NCBI GenBank assembly: GCA_041661505.1
Contig: JBAZUF010000003.1
Span: forward strand, 10,772 to 74,771
Origin: Patescibacteria group bacterium
GTDB taxonomy: Bacteria > Patescibacteriota > Patescibacteriia > Patescibacteriales > JBAZCA01
Direction of reading: 5' to 3'
Length of the DNA stretch: 64,000 nucleotides
Positions 59,003-64,000 of this stretch are shown in pieces. Position numbers and translations under genes: made by a program. Within the stretch, counting starts at the first letter, position 1; each line of letters opens with the position of its first letter. The notes beneath the pieces are model-generated. The model worked only from the letters and a program-made list of their open reading frames with translations, did not search any database and was not told where the DNA came from.

Positions 59003-60490
59003 ATGGCAAAAAAAGTTGCGTTAATCTCTTTGTACGCCGGGAGCGCCCGGGGCATACCGCCCCTGGGGTCTTTGTATTTGGCGACAGCTTTAAAAAAAAA
59101 GGGAATAGGCGCAAAAATTTTCCATGCTGACGCCGGACAGCTCGAAGAACTAATTTCAAAAATCAGGAGCTATTGTCCGGATTTGGCTGGTATGTCGGTT
59201 TTTACCGGCCATTTAAATAAAAAGTATGTCCAATTGTCGAAAGAACTAAAAAAGGAAGGATACCAAACCGTTTGGGGAAACGCCCACCCTTCGCTCTTGC
59301 CGAATGAAGTGTTAAAAGAAAACTACGTCGATTTTATTATAATCGGAGAAGGGGAAGAAGCCTTGGCCGAGCTGGCGGAAAGCCTTGACGCCAGGGACCA
59401 ATTCGCCCGGATAAAAAATCTTGGCTACAAAGATGATTCAGGCGGAATCCATATCAATCCCCGGCGGGAATTTTCCGATATTGATGAATATTTAATTGAT
59501 TGGTCCCTAATAAATCTGGAAGAGTACATAATTCCGTATTTTTCCGGCCGCTTCCAAAGGACTTTGGCGGTTGTAAGTTCCCGGGGCTGTCCGTATAATT
59601 GCCAGTTCTGCTACAACCTGGTTTTTAATAACCGGCGGTGGCGGGCCCATTCTCCGGAAAAAATTGCCGCTAACCTGGAGCCGATAATAAAGAAGTACGG
59701 GATTGAAGCTATCCGGTTTCTTGATGATAATTTTTTTGTTGACAAAGAAAGGGCTTTTAAGATCGTAGAGGCGCTCGGTCTTCCATTTTCCGCCGACTGC
59801 CGGGTGGAATACATAACTGAAGATTTTGTCAGCCGGCTGAAATCGGCCAAATGCCTTGAGCTTACTTTCGGTTTTGAATCCGGGTCAGACAGAATTTTAA
59901 AGGAAGTAATAAAAAAGGGAACTGGCACGGCGGAAATTATCCGGGCGGTAACGCTTTTGTCCGGCTCGGGGATAATTGCCTCGGCTGGAATAATTTTCGG
60001 AGCGCCGACCGAGACTAAAAGCGAATATCTGGAAACTTTGAATTTTATCATCCGGCTTCTGAAAATCAATCCTAATCTGGCTTTTACCTGCGGATGGTTT
60101 CTGCCTTATCCCGGAACCGGACTTTACGAAAAATCCAAGGAACTCGGGTTCCGGCCGCCCCAGAGCATTGAGGAGTGGGATAAGTTTGACCGCTGGAGGG
60201 ATGATTACGAGATGGAGTGGGTTGGCTGGGACGCTAAAAGAGCGGTAAAATACTCAAGGCGGTTTGTTCATCTTCTGGCCCTGGCTTATAAAAGGAACAT
60301 CCCGATTTTAAAATCGCTGTTAAAATGGAGGGCTGGCCGCGCTAATTTCAGTTTTCCGCTGGATATATATATATTTTCCCGCTTGAGGCAAATTTACCTT
60401 TTTGAAAGCGGTGAAAAAGCCCATAACCGGATTATCAAAAAAATTCTCAATTTCATTATTAAATCCGCCCGCGCGGCGAAAAAAATATGA
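59003..60490 (+). CDS. B12-binding-domain radical SAM protein (class B) #2, paralog of 54514..55962
   Basis: SRGCPYNCQFC cluster. The same domain order and several colinear blocks with #1, for example IRFLDDNFFVDKERAFKIVEAL against IRFWDENFFVDINRAKSIVDGM. Confidence 0.85.
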   Translation: MAKKVALISLYAGSARGIPPLGSLYLATALKKKGIGAKIFHADAGQLEELISKIRSYCPDLAGMSVFTGHLNKKYVQLSKELKKEGYQTVWGNAHPSLLPNEVLKENYVDFIIIGEGEEALAELAESLDARDQFARIKNLGYKDDSGGIHINPRREFSDIDEYLIDWSLINLEEYIIPYFSGRFQRTLAVVSSRGCPYNCQFCYNLVFNNRRWRAHSPEKIAANLEPIIKKYGIEAIRFLDDNFFVDKERAFKIVEALGLPFSADCRVEYITEDFVSRLKSAKCLELTFGFESGSDRILKEVIKKGTGTAEIIRAVTLLSGSGIIASAGIIFGAPTETKSEYLETLNFIIRLLKINPNLAFTCGWFLPYPGTGLYEKSKELGFRPPQSIEEWDKFDRWRDDYEMEWVGWDAKRAVKYSRRFVHLLALAYKRNIPILKSLLKWRAGRANFSFPLDIYIFSRLRQIYLFESGEKAHNRIIKKILNFIIKSARAAKKI

Positions 60491-61071
60491 CCCGGGAAAA
60501 ATTTTTATTTAAGCATTTAGGCGCGGGAAAAATTCTTGATATCGGCAATTTAGGCGGAGGAGCCAGAATCCATAAGGAGATTATCAGCCGTTTTCCCGGA
60601 GCGGAGGTTTATGGCCTTGATTCGCAAAGCGCCGGCGGGCTCGGTTTTAGTTTTCCCAATCAAGCGGCCGGGCGGGCGGAAGACCTTCCTTATCCGGATA
60701 ACCACTTTGATTTTATATATTTAGGTGAAGTTTTGGAGCATAGCTGGGAGCCGAAGAAAATTACCGACGAGTGCTTTCGGGCTTTAAAGTTTGGGGGAGT
60801 ATTGGTTCTTGATACCCCTAATATTTATGCTCTTTCCCGGATGCTCCGTTATTTTTTCACCGGCCGGGACATAATCCTTGGGGATCCGGACCACAAAATA
60901 TTTTTTTCCCGAGCTATGCTTTCAAATCTTCTCGATAAATCCGGATTTGATGTCTTAGATCTTTTGAGTGATGGACTCTGCACAATTAAATGCCGGAATT
61001 TTCGATTGCCTGGAATTGGGCCGTTTAACTATATGGGCGAGCACCTTCTTTGCGCCTGCCGAAAGAAATAA
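60487..61071 (+). CDS. Class I SAM-dependent methyltransferase
   Basis: ILDIGNLGGG (motif I-like), FDFIYLGEVLEH and LKFGGVLVLDTPN. ATGA overlap with the upstream gene. Confidence 0.75.
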   Translation: MTREKFLFKHLGAGKILDIGNLGGGARIHKEIISRFPGAEVYGLDSQSAGGLGFSFPNQAAGRAEDLPYPDNHFDFIYLGEVLEHSWEPKKITDECFRALKFGGVLVLDTPNIYALSRMLRYFFTGRDIILGDPDHKIFFSRAMLSNLLDKSGFDVLDLLSDGLCTIKCRNFRLPGIGPFNYMGEHLLCACRKK

Positions 61072-61105
61072 TTTTAAGAGTCGGCACAATAAATATAGTA
61101 GTAAT

Positions 61106-61762
61106 ATGGAAAGCCAAAATAATGATCATTGCGTGCGTGATGCCGGCAAAAAAACATCATACGCCAACAACTTTAATAAGTATTGCGACCCTAATCGCTG
61201 GGCCAGCTACTGGCACCAAATAAACAGCGTTTTAGGTTGTAGGGCGGAAAAAGTACTGGAAATCGGGATCGGCGACCGGGTGCTGGCCAACTACTTAAAA
61301 AGTAATACTAGCATTGATTATCATTCGGTTGACGTTTCACCGGATTTGTGTCCGGATATCGTTAACAGTATTGACGACCTTAAGGATATAGAGGATAATT
61401 TTTTTGATGTGGTTTGCGCTTTTGAAGTATTGGAACACCTGCCTTATGAGAAATTTAATAAAGCGCTGGGCGAACTTTACCGGGTGTCCAGCCGGCATGT
61501 CATTTTAAGCCTTCCTCACTGGGGCCGGCATTTTTCTTTTGATTTCCGCCTGCCTTTTATAAAAAGGATAAGATGGCAGATAAAGCTCCAAATATTCGGA
61601 AAAAAGCATAAATTCGACGGCCATCATTTTTGGGAGCTGGGGAAGAGGGGCTATAGCCTGAAGAGGGTAAAAAGTGAGCTAGTAAAGGCCGGTTTTAAAA
61701 TTGAAAAAGATTATATTGCCTTTGAGTCGCCCTATCACCACTTTTTTATTTTGAAAAAATAA
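61106..61762 (+). CDS. Class I SAM-dependent methyltransferase
   Basis: VLEIGIGDRVL and FDVVCAFEVLEHLP. The ATG at 61106 is preferred over the track start at 60968, which overlaps the previous gene. Confidence 0.7.
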   Translation: MESQNNDHCVRDAGKKTSYANNFNKYCDPNRWASYWHQINSVLGCRAEKVLEIGIGDRVLANYLKSNTSIDYHSVDVSPDLCPDIVNSIDDLKDIEDNFFDVVCAFEVLEHLPYEKFNKALGELYRVSSRHVILSLPHWGRHFSFDFRLPFIKRIRWQIKLQIFGKKHKFDGHHFWELGKRGYSLKRVKSELVKAGFKIEKDYIAFESPYHHFFILKK

Positions 61763-61765
61763 TTT

Positions 61766-62449
61766 ATGAGATTTTCTTTAGTAATACCCGCCTATAACGA
61801 ATCATCCAGCCTGAATTCGGCGATTAGTCCGCTTATGGATGAAATCGAGAAAGTTGAGACTGATTTTGAAATAATTTTAGTGGACAACGGTTCGACCGAT
61901 GATACCCGGGAACGGCTGGCCGGATTAGAGAAAATTTTCCCCCGGCTAAAAACTGTAAGGGTTTTTCCGAATCAGGGATATGGAAACGGAATCCTGGCCG
62001 GCCTGAAGTCGGCCCGGGGCGAGATTATCGGCTGGACTCACGCCGATAATCAGATAGCCCCGGCTGATATCGTCCGCGCTTACCAAAAAATGCTTAATGA
62101 AAATCTCCAATTATGCAAAGCAGTTCGAAAAGAAAGAGAATCCGGCTGGCGCCGGACACAAAGCCGGGCCTATAATTTTATCTTTCACCGGCTTTTTAAA
62201 TCCGGCCTTCGCGATATTAATTCGCCCCCAAAGATTTTTTCGCGTTCGCTTTATGAAAAAATAAATTTATGCTCTTTAGGCTGGTTTATTGATCCGGAAT
62301 TGGTAATCAAAGCCCTTCGCGAAGGGGCGAAAATCGGAGAAGTTGAAATTTCCTGGAAACCCCGAGAAGGAAGCCGGTCGAAGGTATCTTTGACCGCCTC
62401 TTTGGATTTTTTATTCAACATGATAAAGTACAGGCTCAACTTTGATTAG
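61766..62449 (+). CDS. Glycosyltransferase family 2
   Basis: FSLVIPAYNES, ILVDNGSTDDT and WTHADNQ motifs. Confidence 0.8.
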   Translation: MRFSLVIPAYNESSSLNSAISPLMDEIEKVETDFEIILVDNGSTDDTRERLAGLEKIFPRLKTVRVFPNQGYGNGILAGLKSARGEIIGWTHADNQIAPADIVRAYQKMLNENLQLCKAVRKERESGWRRTQSRAYNFIFHRLFKSGLRDINSPPKIFSRSLYEKINLCSLGWFIDPELVIKALREGAKIGEVEISWKPREGSRSKVSLTASLDFLFNMIKYRLNFD

Positions 62450-62456
62450 AAAAAAT

Positions 62457-63266
62457 ATGGAAACAGAAAAATCGCTTGATGTCTCGCAAATCCCGGTGGT
62501 AATTTTCTGCGGAGGGCGGGGCACCAGGCTAAAAGAAGAAACGGAAATAATTCCCAAACCGCTGGTTCGAGTCGGCGGCAAGCCGATTTTGTGGCATATA
62601 ATGAAAATCTACTATGCCCAGGGTTTCCGTAAGTTCGTCCTCTTAATTGGCTATAAAGGAGAGCTGATTAAAGAATACTTTTGCCGCTATCATCTGCATC
62701 AATGCGATTTTACCATCCGCCCTAAGGACAAGCGGCGTGAAATTATTTACCACAGCCTTCCGGCTGAAGACTGGGAAATTAGCTTCATAGATACTGGAGC
62801 CGACACCCAGACCGGTGCCAGGCTAAAAGGCGCGGAAAAGCTTTTGAAAGGCCGGCTTTTTATGCTTACTTACGGCGACGGGGTGGCGGACGTTGATCTT
62901 TCCCGGCTTTTGAAAGTCCATAACCAGGAAAAGAAAATGATTACTATCACCGGAGTTTTTCCGCCCAGCCGTTTCGGAGAAATAATTATGGAAGGCAATT
63001 CGGTGGTTGGGTTTTGGGAGAAGCCGCAGGTGCAAAGCGGGTATATTAACGGCGGATTCTTTGCCGTTAACCCGGAGATTTTTGATCACCTGGCTGGCGA
63101 CGATTCATTGAACTTTGAAAAAGACGTTTTGTCCCGGCTGGCCAAAGAAGGAAATATGGCTGCCTGCCCGCACAACGGCTATTGGCAGTGCATGGATACG
63201 GTCAGGGACATGGAGCTGTTAAATGAGGTATGGCAAAGCGGAGCGGCTCCCTGGAAGGTTTGGTAG
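62457..63266 (+). CDS. rfbF: Glucose-1-phosphate cytidylyltransferase
   Basis: VVIFCGGRGTRLKEETEIIPKPLVRVGGKPILWHIMKIYYAQGFRKFVLLIGYKGELIKEYF closely follows the RfbF N-terminal pattern. About 270 aa. Confidence 0.85.
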   Translation: METEKSLDVSQIPVVIFCGGRGTRLKEETEIIPKPLVRVGGKPILWHIMKIYYAQGFRKFVLLIGYKGELIKEYFCRYHLHQCDFTIRPKDKRREIIYHSLPAEDWEISFIDTGADTQTGARLKGAEKLLKGRLFMLTYGDGVADVDLSRLLKVHNQEKKMITITGVFPPSRFGEIIMEGNSVVGFWEKPQVQSGYINGGFFAVNPEIFDHLAGDDSLNFEKDVLSRLAKEGNMAACPHNGYWQCMDTVRDMELLNEVWQSGAAPWKVW

Positions 63267-63343
63267 ATAATTTCTTGCCCCGCTTTTTATATGGCTTTAT
63301 GTTTTATTTTTGTTCATAGGGCCGCCTGTCAAGCAAATTGGCT

Positions 63344-64000
63344 ATGAAAAAAACAGATACAATTCTTTTAACCGGCGGGACTGGATTTTTAGGAAGCCAA
63401 ATATTAAAATTGCTGGCTAAAAAGGGGCAAAGGGTGATTGTTTTAAAAAGGAAAAATTCAGACCTATCCCGTGTCAGGGGTGTGGTAAAGAAAAATAGGA
63501 TAATCTATGTCGATTTAAAACCCGGCTTTTCTAATGCCGGCGCAATTTTTAGGAAATATAAAATTGATTATGTAATTCATGCGGCGACCTGCTATGGCCG
63601 GAAGGGGGAACCGGAATCAAAGGTAATAGAAGCAAACTTAACCCTGCCTCTTCTCTTGTTGGGAACGGGGATAACGAGCGGCGTAAAGGGTTTTATTAAC
63701 GCCGATACCTTTACCAGAGACAAAAAATGGATTTATGCCCGAACCAAGGAGGAGCTGGTTAGCCGGGCAAAAAAAATGGTTAAAGGGAAAAAAATAAAGT
63801 TCATCAATTTAAAGATTGAACATATGTACGGGCCGGGCGACAGCGCCCATAAATTTATCCCTTGGGTAATCGGCGAGCTAAAAAGAAACGCCCCGGCAAT
63901 TTCTTTTACTAAAGGCCGGCAAAAAAGAGACTTAGTCTGCGTGGAAGATGCATCAAGGGCATTTTTCAAAGCCATAGAAAATTTTAGCGCATTAGCTAAT
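63344..64000 (+). CDS. NAD-dependent epimerase/dehydratase (extended SDR), 3' end outside the window
   Basis: This ORF is not in the ORF track because it has no stop within the window. My own translation from the ATG at 63344 stays open for 219 codons. It shows ILLTGGTGFLGSQIL (the GxxGxxG motif) and YARTK (the YxxxK motif). Confidence 0.75.
   Translation, partial: MKKTDTILLTGGTGFLGSQILKLLAKKGQRVIVLKRKNSDLSRVRGVVKKNRIIYVDLKPGFSNAGAIFRKYKIDYVIHAATCYGRKGEPESKVIEANLTLPLLLLGTGITSGVKGFINADTFTRDKKWIYARTKEELVSRAKKMVKGKKIKFINLKIEHMYGPGDSAHKFIPWVIGELKRNAPAISFTKGRQKRDLVCVEDASRAFFKAIENFSALAN

Overview
This 64-kb chromosomal segment is coded almost entirely on the plus strand; only 4 of about 63 genes are on the minus strand. 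It comes from a moderately AT-rich bacterium that looks small-genomed. I infer Candidate Phyla Radiation/Patescibacteria from several traits: minimal housekeeping enzymes, Lys/Glu-rich extensions on core proteins, a lamin-tail-domain surface protein, a PduL+AckA fermentation module, many starts without a Shine-Dalgarno (SD) sequence, and extended -10 promoters. No database search was possible. The genetic code is standard, because TGA terminates acpP, pduL and the LTD gene.

Gene content in order:
- EndoQ-like gene tail and a membrane metallophosphoesterase.
- A 1048-aa surface protein with four LTD domains and one PKD domain.
- An orphan acpP flanked by structured RNA-like regions.
- ftsK, a 676-aa charged coiled-coil protein, and an MBL hydrolase.
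- gyrA, a thioredoxin-fold lipoprotein, and rpsA.
- A TrmB-like regulator, ftsH, and several membrane proteins and lipoproteins.
- rsmI, a PHP phosphatase, metG, cvpA, tsaC and tatD.
- A complete F-type ATP synthase operon (atpI-like, B, E, F, H, A, G, D, C), interrupted between atpG and atpD by an antisense gene cassette.
- A Big_2 secreted protein with a His/Asn/Glu tail and two adjacent proteins carrying beta-carbonic-anhydrase-like metal motifs.
- CIRCE-controlled groES-groEL and an AI-2E transporter.
- A GldA/F/G-type ABC system plus a DUF4340-like protein, and an SLT-domain protein.
- pfkB-pduL-ackA.
- An ~11-kb glycan locus with 5 glycosyltransferases, 2 paralogous B12-binding radical SAM enzymes, 2 methyltransferases, rfbF and an SDR enzyme that runs off the window.

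I recognised no rRNA, tRNA, CRISPR array, transposase or integrase. All family assignments rest on motifs I can read in the translations. GC statements are by-eye impressions, not computed.
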